Positions 50,615-60,654 of a stretch of DNA of 64,000 bases are shown piece by piece. The position numbers and the translations under genes are program-made. The stretch covers positions 64,001 to 128,000 of the forward strand of contig JBALDB010000009.1 of the NCBI GenBank assembly GCA_036918135.1, in the 5' to 3' direction. The DNA is from Nostoc sp. GTDB taxonomy: Bacteria; Cyanobacteriota; Cyanobacteriia; Cyanobacteriales; Nostocaceae. The notes below the pieces were generated by a model. The model ran no database searches. It saw only the letters and a list, made by a program, of their open reading frames with translations, and was not told the origin of the DNA. The number at the start of each line of letters is the position of its first letter. The first letter of the stretch is position 1.

Positions 50615-51813
50615 ATGAGTAAATTATCTGAATACCCAATGACTGATAAAACATTTCGTTGTGGTCATTGTGGTAATACAACTGTGATGCAAAAGATAGC
50701 TGTTAATCGATATACTCAGACTATTGACAAAGATATACCCGAACAATGTCACGTTGACTATGAATGGTATGTTTTAGTATGTTGCACTTGTAAAGAAGTG
50801 AATGTTATTGAGTATTCAATCTGGCCCGATCAGGAAAAAAATATAAATATACTGATGACGATGGATGTGATATCTATGAAATAGAACCTGACGAAAAGTA
50901 TTTATATCCATCATCCAATGATTTTACACATTTAAAAGAAGCTTCAACAATACTTAAACGAACATATCAAGAAGCTTTAAATTGTTTTAAATTATGTTTA
51001 TACACAGCAACTGTAATTATGTGTAGAAAAACAGTTGAATGTTTGTGTGTAATAGAATTGGAAATTAGAGAGCCTTACAAACTATCTGAGAAAATTCAAA
51101 AAATGCGAGATGACGGATGGATAGATGAAATGCTATACGATTGGGCAATAACTTTAAATCAATTTGGTAATGTTGCAGTACATCAGTACAAAACATTTAA
51201 TAAAGACGAGGCTCAAGACATTTTAGATTTTACTTATGCTTTAGTTGAATACTGTATAGATTTTAAACTCAAATTTTACAAACTAAAAAATAATATAAAA
51301 ATACAAAAAAGAAAATCTCACGAGTCTGGAGAGGAAGCTCAAATAAATACTTTAAGTGATTCAGAATTAGAATATCTAGATAAAATGTTAAGTGGTAGCA
51401 ATAAGTTATTCCGTTATTATGCAGCCATAGCTTTAGCAAAAGCAAAAATAAAAGTTGAAAAAATAGTACCTGTTCTAATTGAAATTTATAAGGAAAATGA
51501 ATTTCAACACATTAAAAATGATATTCCTAACTATTTAAAAAATCTTGGTTCAGTAGCAGTTTCAGAATTAATTAAATTACTTAAAGATTCTTCAAGTAAT
51601 AAAAATATTCTGATTATGGCTGTCACTACTTTAGGAAACCTGGGATCTCAGGCACAACAAGCAATACCAGACCTTATTGATGCACTTGCAGATCCAGATA
51701 TTAACATTCAAGCTACTAATGCTTTAATAAAACTAGGAAGTGGGGCTATTTCTTCTGTTATCAAGATATATGAGGAAAAGCTAAATTCTGTTGCTATCCC
51801 AGAATTGCCATAA
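50615..51813 (+). pseudogene. Zn-ribbon + DUF4145 (HEPN-like) + HEAT-repeat gene split by a frameshift in an A7 run
   Basis: CGHC...CCTC ORF (50615-50884). The -1 frame is open from 50842 through YLYP...YQEALNC...TATVIMCRKTVE...GNVAVH...HEAT repeats to 51813. Confidence 0.75.
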
Positions 51814-51821
51814 GTTTTATC

Positions 51822-51860
51822 AAAAAACTTGCCTCGGAAGTATCACACTCCCAAGGCAAG
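51822..51860 (-). terminator. Terminator after pntB
   Basis: CTTGCCT...AGGCAAG hairpin with a T-run on the minus strand. Confidence 0.65.
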
Positions 51861-51909
51861 CCACTCTCTAAATTCTTTACTTTGCGCTCTCTGCGCCTTT
51901 GCGGTTCAT

Positions 51910-53313
51910 TTACAGTTGCTTCACTTCCGAAACTAACTTCGACACCATATCTTTCGCGCCACCAAAGAGCATCGTAGTTTTATTTTTGTAGAACAACTCA
52001 TTATCTACACCAGCAAAACCCGTACTCATCCCGCGCTTAATCACAATTGTTTGCTTCGCCCGATCGACTTCCAAAATCGGCATACCATAAATCGGGCTAT
52101 TGGCATCACTCCGCGCCGCTGGATTTACCACATCATTTGCCCCAATTACTAAAGCCACATCAGCTTGTTCAAATTGGGGATTAATATCATCCATGTCGTA
52201 CAACTGCGTATAAGGCACATTGGCCTCAGCCAATAACACATTCATGTGCCCCGGCATTCTTCCAGCCACGGGGTGAATGGCATACTTGACATCTACGCCC
52301 ATCCGTTCTAATTGATCTGACAATTCGCGGACGCTATGTTGTGCTTGGGCAACTGCCATCCCATAACCAGGTACAATTACCACAGAACGAGCATATCCCA
52401 ACATCATCGCTCCTTCTTCGGGATCGATACTGCGGACAGTTTGATCTACCGCACTACCACCAGCAGCACCACCCCCGGCTGATGCTGTACCAAAAGCGCT
52501 GAATAGCACGCTGAAGAGGGAGCGGTTCATTGCTTTACACATAATTTCGGTCAGGATAATACCAGATGCTCCCACCAGTGCGCCAGCAATGATCAACATA
52601 TTGTTCATCACCACGAACCCAGCGGCGGCGGCTGCTATACCTGACAAGGAGTTCAACAGCGAAATTACCACCGGCATATCGCCACCACCAATGGGGATGA
52701 CGAACATCACACCCAGCACCAAGGAAACAGCAACTACTCCCAAGAATACTGGTAGGCTATCGGGTGTGATGATTAAATAAGCACTACCCGCTACGTAAGC
52801 AGCTAAAAGCAGAAGGTTAAATGGTTGCTGGAATGGAAATGTAATCGGGGAACCACTAATTAAACCTTGCAATTTCGCGAAGGCGAGAAAACTACCCGTG
52901 AAGGTAACACCACCGATTAACACATCCAGCAGCATGGAAATGTTCACATCTAGGGGTACAGGTGCGCCAGAATCCAATAACCGCCAGAATTCAGCAACGG
53001 CGACTAATGCTGAAGCCGCACCACCCAAACCGTTGAGTAAACCCACCATTTGGGGCATTTCTGTCATTTGAACTTTGTAGGCTGCGATCGCACCAATCCC
53101 CGATCCAATTGCCAAGCCTAACAAAATCATTTCATAGTTCAACACTTCGCGATCGAGCATTGTGGCCACAATTGCCAGCAACATCCCCACTGCTGCAATC
53201 ACATTACCATTCCGCGCTGTCGCTGGCGAACCCAGCTTTTTCAAACCAAAAATGAATAAGGATGCAGCGACTAAATATGTCAGCTGAATGCCAGTTGGTA
53301 AAAAGTCGCTCAC
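51910..53313 (-). CDS. pntB: NAD(P) transhydrogenase beta subunit
   Basis: IGGGDMPVVISLLNS, PGYGMAVAQAQ, HPVAGRMPGHMNVLLAEA, GANDVVNPAA. Confidence 0.98.
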   Translation of the reverse strand: MSDFLPTGIQLTYLVAASLFIFGLKKLGSPATARNGNVIAAVGMLLAIVATMLDREVLNYEMILLGLAIGSGIGAIAAYKVQMTEMPQMVGLLNGLGGAASALVAVAEFWRLLDSGAPVPLDVNISMLLDVLIGGVTFTGSFLAFAKLQGLISGSPITFPFQQPFNLLLLAAYVAGSAYLIITPDSLPVFLGVVAVSLVLGVMFVIPIGGGDMPVVISLLNSLSGIAAAAAGFVVMNNMLIIAGALVGASGIILTEIMCKAMNRSLFSVLFSAFGTASAGGGAAGGSAVDQTVRSIDPEEGAMMLGYARSVVIVPGYGMAVAQAQHSVRELSDQLERMGVDVKYAIHPVAGRMPGHMNVLLAEANVPYTQLYDMDDINPQFEQADVALVIGANDVVNPAARSDANSPIYGMPILEVDRAKQTIVIKRGMSTGFAGVDNELFYKNKTTMLFGGAKDMVSKLVSEVKQL

Positions 53314-53603
53314 GCCTTAATCTCCTTTTTCTTGAACATAAGCAGCATTCTATCTGTGACGAGGAAACCGCCGATAACGTTGACAGTTGCCAGTACCACA
53401 GCAATTAAACCGAGAATTACTGACACACTTGTTTCTCTAGCACCAGAGGCCACTATTGCCCCAAGTACCGCAATGCCAGAAATTGCGTTTGAACCTGACA
53501 TTAAAGGGGTATGTAGCGTAGGTGGTACTTTGTTGATGACTTCAAAGCCAATAAAAGATGCCAGAACAAACACAAACAAAGCAGCAAGTAATGCCTCTGT
53601 CAT
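53310..53603 (-). CDS. pntA: NAD(P) transhydrogenase alpha subunit part 2
   Basis: VPPTLHTPLMSGSNAISG, GGFLVTDRML. Confidence 0.96.
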   Translation of the reverse strand: MTEALLAALFVFVLASFIGFEVINKVPPTLHTPLMSGSNAISGIAVLGAIVASGARETSVSVILGLIAVVLATVNVIGGFLVTDRMLLMFKKKEIKA

Positions 53604-53625
53604 GAAATAAAACTCCTTTTAGGAA

Positions 53626-53756
53626 TGGGTACTGGATACTGGGGATTGGGTACTGAGGATTGGTTATTGGTGTATTGGGTACTGAGAAAGTATTGCTAAG
53701 TAATCTATTTCCTAGTCCCCAGTAAAGAGTCCCTAGTCCCTAATCCCCAGTCCCTA
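53626..53756. repeat. STRR heptamer arrays in inverted arrangement
   Basis: GGGTACT/GGGGATT units followed by AGTCCCC/AGTCCCT units. Confidence 0.75.
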
Positions 53757-54929
53757 ACTAACCGCCGATTCTTGAGTATTCAAAGCTTGTAACGCGTCCC
53801 GCACTCGTTGATTGCGAATTTCACCTGCATGGGTAACGCAAGCTGCATCAACGATGTCGTCGCCAAAGTCCACTTGCAAAGCTTTCTCTTTGTTAATCAA
53901 TAGTTGGATTAACGATGTCACATTCTTGGCATACAATTGGCTGGCGTGGACTGGCATCGAGGATGGTAAATTGATGGGGCCGATAATTGTCACGCCATTC
54001 CAGACAATATCTTTGCCAGGTTCGGTGCAGGCGCAGTTACCACCCTGTTCGGCAGCTAGATCTACAATTACTGAACCGGGTTTCATCTGTGCCACCATTT
54101 CTTCTGTCACGAGTCGTGGCGCTTGTTTCCCAGGTACTTGGGCAGTGGTAATCACCACATCGGCATTTTTGACGTGTTCGGCGACAACTTCTTGAGTACG
54201 TTGTTTGCTAACCTCAGAAATTTCTTTGGCGTAACCACCTGCGGCAACAGTTTCTTCTTCGAGTTTGACTTCGACGAATTTTGCGCCTAAGCTTTGCACT
54301 TCTTCTTTGACGGCAGGACGAATATCAAAGGCTTCTACCACTGCTCCCAAGCGTCTGGCGGTGGCGATCGCTTGCAATCCAGCTACACCAGCACCCATAA
54401 TAAATACTTTGGCTGGGGCGATGGTGCCTGCGGCTGTTGTCAGCATTGGGAAATATTTCGGTAATGCAGCTGCGCCAATTAATACTGCTTTGTAACCTGC
54501 TAATGAAGCTTGTGAAGATAAAGCATCCATACTTTGCGCCCTAGTAGTACGGGGAATCATTTCCATACTTAAGGCTGTAACTTGGCGATTTGCCAATTGC
54601 TGCGCTACCACAGGATTTCCCAACGGATTCAGGAAACTGACTAATACAGCTCCTTCCTTTAATAAGTCAATTTCTGAGCGTCCATCTTCTCGCTCTTGGG
54701 GTGGACTGACTTTGAGCAGGATGTCTGCTTCGCTCCATAATTTGACAGAATCGTTGATTATTGTGGCTCCCGCTGCTTCATAGGCAGGATCGCTGAAAAA
54801 CGATCGCTCTCCTGCACCCGATTCTACCCAAACTTCTAAACCTTGTTTTACCAATCTGGCAACGGTGTCAGGAATTAATGCCACACGACGTTCGCAAACT
54901 TCAATTTCTCTAGCAACTGCTATTCTCAT
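53754..54929 (-). CDS. pntA: NAD(P) transhydrogenase alpha subunit part 1
   Basis: ERRVALIP, RAQSMDALSSQ, GAGVAGLQA, GGYAK, DLAAEQGGNC. Start at ATG 54929. Confidence 0.97.
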   Translation of the reverse strand: MRIAVAREIEVCERRVALIPDTVARLVKQGLEVWVESGAGERSFFSDPAYEAAGATIINDSVKLWSEADILLKVSPPQEREDGRSEIDLLKEGAVLVSFLNPLGNPVVAQQLANRQVTALSMEMIPRTTRAQSMDALSSQASLAGYKAVLIGAAALPKYFPMLTTAAGTIAPAKVFIMGAGVAGLQAIATARRLGAVVEAFDIRPAVKEEVQSLGAKFVEVKLEEETVAAGGYAKEISEVSKQRTQEVVAEHVKNADVVITTAQVPGKQAPRLVTEEMVAQMKPGSVIVDLAAEQGGNCACTEPGKDIVWNGVTIIGPINLPSSMPVHASQLYAKNVTSLIQLLINKEKALQVDFGDDIVDAACVTHAGEIRNQRVRDALQALNTQESAVS

Positions 54930-55735
54930 GAAATCTCCTGAAGATAAATACTTATATGTCTGCCAACTAAGCGATCGCCCCAATTGGGGATATCTTGTAC
55001 TTTGAGTACTGAGGCAGGAACATCAGCCATGACTTTTACTCGTAGATTGAACCTTGAATCTTTCCTCTCCCACTGTTAGCTCTTCAGGCAAAGCCTCACT
55101 TTGTTGTAATAGTTCTAAGCTAAGTTTCCCTTTGCTTATACTGTCCGCTTTGCCGCTTGCTGAGCCGAGATTTTCAGATATTTGCAAATAGGGTTAGTTT
55201 TGCACATATTATGTTGATTCCCAAATTTTGCATCTTTATCTTCAGATTATTTTCCGGATTGAGAAATTGGCTATTCTTTTCTTATAGAGCAATATTGACC
55301 AATTTTTTGAAGCTTGATAATTTTCAAATCAAATTTTAATAATTACGACTTTCATTTCAACTTATTTTAATCAATTTATCTCAAGTTAACTGGCGATCGC
55401 TAATTCCACGGCTCAATTTTTATAACAAAATTCTTAAATTTAGATACACTTATACATATTCGGAAACACAATCTCATCTCAACTGTGTTTTTATCCAGTT
55501 CCAAATTTGACCAATTTAGCAATCAAATCAAGACTCTGTAAGGATAATAAAGTAAATTGCTTCAACGTTAAATTTATTACTAAGTAAAGTTACTGTCAGC
55601 TATAACTCACAAAAATGGCACTTTTTTCGTTATTCAACGTCTATTGTCATGAAGTCAGTAGTAAAGTTTAGTAAAGAATAATAACACACAGTTATTTAAA
55701 TCGCAGATTTATATTTTGGTGGAGGGAGCCTAACT

Positions 55736-56248
55736 ATGCGACGTTTACTTTCTGCTTTAGCCGTGACTAGCTGTTTGCTGACTGGATTTCCAGCTTTGAC
55801 TTGGGCGCAAGGCTTACCTGGATTTACGCTTTTTAGCGGTGTCAAAAGCGAAGATCAGTTGCCCTTCCGGTTAGATTTTGGAGGACAAACCAATGGTTGG
55901 GATCGTTATATATTGAGGATTCCAACTAAAAAAATGAAATTAGCAGTTGCTCAATTTGCCATTAGCTACCCTGACTATTACAAAGGAACTTTTGACCCCA
56001 AAAAAATTGAGGTACGGGTTAAAGGCAAAGCAGTTAAGCTTTCTGAAGTGAAGTGGGATAAAGAAGGTAGGCTAATTAATATTTTTCCCGAAGAACCTGT
56101 GCCAGCAGGTAGCAAAGTTGAGTTAGTGTTATCTAACGTCAAAAACCCCTCCTTTGGCGGAACGTATTATTTTAGCTGTCAAGTTCTTTCACCTGGCGAT
56201 GTACCACTACTGCGCTACGTAGGAACCTGGATTTTGAGCATTAGTTAA
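55736..56248 (+). CDS. DUF2808-family exported protein
   Basis: Signal peptide; PEEPVPAG...NVKNP..GGTYYF...GTWILSI. Confidence 0.85.
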   Translation: MRRLLSALAVTSCLLTGFPALTWAQGLPGFTLFSGVKSEDQLPFRLDFGGQTNGWDRYILRIPTKKMKLAVAQFAISYPDYYKGTFDPKKIEVRVKGKAVKLSEVKWDKEGRLINIFPEEPVPAGSKVELVLSNVKNPSFGGTYYFSCQVLSPGDVPLLRYVGTWILSIS

Positions 56249-56260
56249 GTCTGGAGAGTC

Positions 56261-56412
56261 GGAGATGGGGGAGTGTGGGGAGTGTGGGGAGATGAGGAGA
56301 TGGGGGAGTGTGGGGAGATGGGGGAGTGTGGGGAGAGAGGGGGGCAAGATTTGTTCCCACACCTCCCACACCTGAATTTGTTTCCCATCCTCCCACACCT
56401 CCCACACCTCCC
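56261..56412. repeat. G-rich/C-rich nonamer repeat element, copy 2
   Basis: GGGAGTGTG/GGGAGATG units, core GGCAAGATTT, CCCACACCT units. Confidence 0.85.
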
Positions 56413-56511
56413 TATTTGCCCAATGCTCCATTCCCCATTTTCAATTCCCTGTTAAAGTGATAAAATTAGAGATTGTGAGTTTTTATAAAAATCACTTAAC
56501 AGGAGAATAGT

Positions 56512-56646
56512 ATGCAAAGAACGCTAGGCGGCACTTGCCGTAAGAGAAAAAGAACCTCTGGTTTTCGCGCTCGGATGCGGACACCAGATGGCAGAAACGT
56601 AATTAGGGCAAGAAGAAGAAAGGGGCGTCACCGTCTGAGCGTTTAG
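56512..56646 (+). CDS. rpmH: 50S ribosomal protein L34
   Basis: [44 protein letters not shown] (not in the ORF track). Confidence 0.98.
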   Translation: MQRTLGGTCRKRKRTSGFRARMRTPDGRNVIRARRRKGRHRLSV

Positions 56647-56670
56647 GGCATATCAAGCTAAAAGGTATCT

Positions 56671-57093
56671 GTGGCTTTGCCCAAAGCAAATCGGCTCAAA
56701 TCCCGAAAAGATTTCCAGGCAGTTTTCCGGGAAGGAATTCGCCGTCATGGCTCTTACTTAACATTGAGAGCCTTAAAACCTCTATCTTCAATAAATCCTT
56801 CTTTGGACTGCGCCACCAAGACTACGCAAGCAACTGACTCTAAATATTTTGCCAGCACGCAAATTGGCATTTCCATTAGTACAAAAGTCAGCAAGAGAGC
56901 AGTGGTTCGTAACCGGATCAAACGGCAAATTACTGGTGCTTTGTATAACCTACTGCCCAAATTATTGCCAGGATGGCGGCTAGTGGTGGTTGTCAAACCC
57001 GCAGCAGCAGAATCGAAGTGCGTAAGCCCACAATTTCTGCAAGAATTAGAGCAGTTGTTGGCACAAGCCGAGGTGTTCGATGGGCATTCGTGA
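56671..57093 (+). CDS. rnpA: RNase P protein component
   Basis: RLKSRKDF, SISTKVSKRAVVRNRIKRQI. Confidence 0.97.
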   Translation: MALPKANRLKSRKDFQAVFREGIRRHGSYLTLRALKPLSSINPSLDCATKTTQATDSKYFASTQIGISISTKVSKRAVVRNRIKRQITGALYNLLPKLLPGWRLVVVVKPAAAESKCVSPQFLQELEQLLAQAEVFDGHS

Positions 57094-57472
57094 AGAAATT
57101 TATTATGAAGGTGGCCCCCATATTGGGGATCTAATTGTAAACCTACTAATTGGGCTAAGTGTGGTTGGCATACCCTTGACAGTCGGGGCAATTGTTAGAG
57201 CATTATGGTTGCGCTTCCGCATCACCGATCGCCGAGTTACTGTAACAGGAGGTTGGCAGGGACGCGATCGCACTGACGTAATTTACTCAGAAATTGTCAA
57301 AGTTGTCAAAGTCCCCCGTGGCATCGGTCTTTGGGGAGATATGGTACTAACTTTAAAAAACGGCAGTCGTCTCGAATTGCGTGCAATTCCCAATTTTCGG
57401 GAAGTATATGATTACATTAATGAAAAAATTGCGGCAAAAAATCCCCAATATAGCATTGCCACTAACAAGTAA
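57080..57472 (+). CDS. Bacterial PH-domain membrane protein
   Basis: YEGGPHIGDL...RFRITDRRVTV...WGDMVLTL; usual position between rnpA and yidC in cyanobacteria. Confidence 0.88.
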   Translation: MGIREEIYYEGGPHIGDLIVNLLIGLSVVGIPLTVGAIVRALWLRFRITDRRVTVTGGWQGRDRTDVIYSEIVKVVKVPRGIGLWGDMVLTLKNGSRLELRAIPNFREVYDYINEKIAAKNPQYSIATNK

Positions 57473-57484
57473 CGGCAAGGGACT

Positions 57485-57598
57485 GAGGAGATGGGAAGTG
57501 TGGGGAGTGTGGGGAGAGAGGGGGATGGGGGATGGGGGGGCAAGATTTCTTTCCCATCCTCCCACACCTCCAAAACCTCCCACACCTCCCAAACTCCC
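57485..57598. repeat. G-rich/C-rich nonamer repeat element, copy 3
   Basis: Same core as 36203 and 56261. Confidence 0.85.
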
Positions 57599-57729
57599 TG
57601 TTTGCCCCATGCCCCATGCCCAAAAATTAATTGTGCGGCTATCCGTAGCAAAGGATAGTCGCACATAAGTCATGATTTAGATAAATTAGATTCAATCAGT
57701 TTACAGTACCTCAGGTTAAATTCAGAATA

Positions 57730-58962
57730 ATGGATTTTGGTATCGGCTTTCTCTCGAACAACGTGATGCTGCCAATCATAGATTTTTTCTATGGGATTAT
57801 ACCCAGCTATGGATTGGCGATCGTTGCTTTGACACTGATAGTCCGCTTCGCGCTCTATCCCCTGAGTGCTGGCTCAATTCGCAATATGCGGAAGATGCGA
57901 ATTGTACAACCTCTGATGCAAAAGCGGATGGCAGAAATCAAAGAGCGCTATAAGGACGATCCGCAAAAGCAGCAAGAAGAAATGGTCAATGTCCAAAAAG
58001 AATTTGGCAATCCTTTGGCAGGCTGTTTTCCATTGCTAATACAAATGCCAGTCTTATTAGCGCTGTTCGCCACTTTGCGGGGTTCGCCTTTTGCAGGTGT
58101 GAACTACAGCGTTAACTTGCAAATCTTTCCTGCAGAACAAATCGAACAAATTCAACCGCAAGCCTTTGCCACTCCTCCTCAAAATATCTACATTGCTGAT
58201 GGCGAACACGTTAAGGTAACTGCAATCCTTCCGGCTGGTAACAAATTAGCCGTGGGCGAACATACCAAAATACAATATCAAACTACTGAAGGCAAACCAT
58301 TTCAGGTGGTCTTAGCAGAACACCCACAAAATCAGCTGATTCCTCAATGGAAAGTCACCAAAGGCGAAGATAAGGTTAAAATTGATACTCAGGGCAATTT
58401 AGAAGCCTTGCAGCCGGGAGAAGTGACCATTCAAGGAACAATTCCTGGACTAGCAGCTGATAAAGGCTTTTTATTTATTGATGCTTTAGGCAGAGTTGGC
58501 GCACAAGATCCAGATGGCACAATCCACTGGGATATCGTCGCCATGATTGTCTTTTTTGGAATCAGCCTTTATGTTAGCCAAATGCTTTCCGGGCAAAATT
58601 CCAGCGGTGGTAATCCGAACCAGGATACAGTTAACAAAATCACCCCAGTCATTTTTTCCGGGATGTTTTTGTTCTTTCCCCTACCAGCTGGGGTACTAAT
58701 GTATATGGTGATTGGCAATATTTTCCAAACACTGCAAACCTATATTCTCTCCCGCGAACCGTTACCCGAAGAACTGCAAAAAATCGTAGCAGCTCAAGAA
58801 AAACAAGCAGCAGTCGCAGAACAAAAAGCATTACCTTTTGAGCCGCAAAGTCCTAAGAAAAAAGCTACAGGGGAAAGTCCTAAGAAAAAGGTTACAGAGG
58901 AAAGTCCTAAGAAAAAAGCTACAGAGGAAAGTCCTAAGAAAAAGGCTACAGGGGGTTCATGA
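57730..58962 (+). CDS. yidC: Membrane protein insertase YidC/Alb3
   Basis: [39 protein letters not shown]. Confidence 0.97.
   Translation: MDFGIGFLSNNVMLPIIDFFYGIIPSYGLAIVALTLIVRFALYPLSAGSIRNMRKMRIVQPLMQKRMAEIKERYKDDPQKQQEEMVNVQKEFGNPLAGCFPLLIQMPVLLALFATLRGSPFAGVNYSVNLQIFPAEQIEQIQPQAFATPPQNIYIADGEHVKVTAILPAGNKLAVGEHTKIQYQTTEGKPFQVVLAEHPQNQLIPQWKVTKGEDKVKIDTQGNLEALQPGEVTIQGTIPGLAADKGFLFIDALGRVGAQDPDGTIHWDIVAMIVFFGISLYVSQMLSGQNSSGGNPNQDTVNKITPVIFSGMFLFFPLPAGVLMYMVIGNIFQTLQTYILSREPLPEELQKIVAAQEKQAAVAEQKALPFEPQSPKKKATGESPKKKVTEESPKKKATEESPKKKATGGS
58849..58956 (+). repeat. 27-bp coding tandem repeat x4 (SPKKK[AV]T[GE][EG])
   Basis: AGTCCTAAGAAAAARGYTACAGRGG.. four times at the yidC 3' end. Confidence 0.95.
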
Positions 58963-59474
58963 GCAATATTCCCATGCAGCGAGGTCAGCAGTGGTTAAAA
59001 ACACTGCTGGAACTCAGTGGGATATCTACTGAGATTCAGATTAATTTAGAAACCGCCCAAACTCCAGATGACGATTCGCTAGAAGTAGATAACTACTGGT
59101 TGACAATTGATGAAACGAATTTGACACCAGAACAAATCCAGGTATTAATTGGTGCTGATGGTTCTGTGCTAGATGCAATTCAGTATCTAGCAAATTCGGT
59201 TCTCAACTTGAGCCAATCCCACGAGGGACAAGCTTCTTACACTATTGAGTTGAATGGCTACCGTATAAAAAGACAAGCCGAAATTCGGGCATTAGCAGAA
59301 GCAGCAGCCGATGAAGTGCGCTTTTCTGGTAGAGAAGTGGAAATCAAATCCCTCAGCTCTGCGGAACGGCGTCAAGTTCATACTTTCTTAAAAGACTTTG
59401 AAGATTTAGAAACCTTCAGTCGTGGTAAAGAACCACATCGTCATTTGGTTGTGCGTCCGGCTGCTTTGGAATAA
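58959..59474 (+). CDS. jag: Jag/KhpB RNA-binding protein (KH + R3H)
   Basis: [33 protein letters not shown]. Confidence 0.92.
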   Translation: MSNIPMQRGQQWLKTLLELSGISTEIQINLETAQTPDDDSLEVDNYWLTIDETNLTPEQIQVLIGADGSVLDAIQYLANSVLNLSQSHEGQASYTIELNGYRIKRQAEIRALAEAAADEVRFSGREVEIKSLSSAERRQVHTFLKDFEDLETFSRGKEPHRHLVVRPAALE

Positions 59475-59481
59475 ATTAGGA

Positions 59482-59539
59482 GTAGAGACGCGATCGATTG
59501 CGTCTGTACGAGAGAGACGCGATGAATTGCGTCTCTACA
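59482..59539. repeat. Two tandem REP-like hairpins
   Basis: GTAGAGACGCGATCGATTGCGTCTGTAC and AGAGACGCGATGAATTGCGTCTCTAC. Confidence 0.75.
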
Positions 59540-59679
59540 GGAGTTAGAAGTTAATTGACAACTACATAACCAGATAATTTCAAAATTTCTATTATCCCTA
59601 AAAGCTAAAATAAAAATGTATTATCAGCGATTTGGCTGATAATCAAAATAAATTTTCGTGAGGATGTCTCACAAATCCT

Positions 59680-60198
59680 ATGGACGCAATTTATATTCCG
59701 CAGCTAACTAGAGCATCGGAGCGGACAGAGGAAGTTCAAGTTAAGGAATTTCTGCCTGGTCTGGAAACTTTGACACCAGTTCGCGGTCGTGTACGCGTGC
59801 AGCATCATGGCAATTACCTGCAAGTGTCAGGTCAGGCAGAAGCAATTATTACTTGTACCTGTAACCGCTGCTTGCAGCAATACAATCAGCGCTTAGGGAT
59901 TGATACTAAGGAAATCATTTGGTTAGATGAAACTGCAAATCAGCTACAAGACTTGCCTTTAGAAAGGGAAGTGACTATGGAAGATTTAGTAGAAACTCTA
60001 CCACCCGATGGTTATTTTTATCCCAGCGAATGGCTGTACGAGCAAATGTGTCTAGCAATACCTCAACGCCAGCTGTGCGATCGCAATTGCCCAGGTATTC
60101 CTGCAAGTAGTACTGTTGATAGTTCTGACAGTTCTGAAACTCCAGTTGATAACCGCTGGGCTTCTCTAGAAGCACTGAAAAAGCAACTTCCAGGGTAG
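59680..60198 (+). CDS. yceD: YceD/DUF177 family protein
   Basis: CNRCL, LCDRNCPG, DNRWASLEALK. Confidence 0.9.
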   Translation: MDAIYIPQLTRASERTEEVQVKEFLPGLETLTPVRGRVRVQHHGNYLQVSGQAEAIITCTCNRCLQQYNQRLGIDTKEIIWLDETANQLQDLPLEREVTMEDLVETLPPDGYFYPSEWLYEQMCLAIPQRQLCDRNCPGIPASSTVDSSDSSETPVDNRWASLEALKKQLPG

Positions 60199-60654
60199 AT
60201 ATTTAACGCGCCGTTTGCTGTACTACGGCGCAATTTAATTATCTATTTGTAAGTATGAATTGCCTAAAGCACCTAACGCAGTTGATAAACTCTATTCCTA
60301 ATTAAAAAATCCTTTTTCGTGCAGCAAAGCACCAATTGTATCAGTACATTCTATAGTTAATTCCAATAACATGAATTTGCCAACGAAAAACAATGTTTAC
60401 ATCCAATTTTTAATAATTTTCTGGCAAGAGTCTATAAAAAAGTGAAAAATTGAGTAGTTTTAAGCACCCGATTATCCTGACAGGTGATTCAACTATACCC
60501 ATCACAAAACAGCGCTCGCTCACCCTTGAGGAATATCTTAACATAGAGCGATCGCACCACCAACAGCCATGTACAGGTAGATGTTGTTTTTTTTAGTTGT
60601 TAGAGGTGATACAAACCTGAACAATGAGAGAAGGACTAATAACCACAGTTAGAT

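Noticed and set aside
55000..56646. oriC/dnaA next to rpmH
   Set aside because: No dnaA and no obvious DnaA-box cluster; DUF2808 upstream of rpmH is the usual cyanobacterial arrangement.
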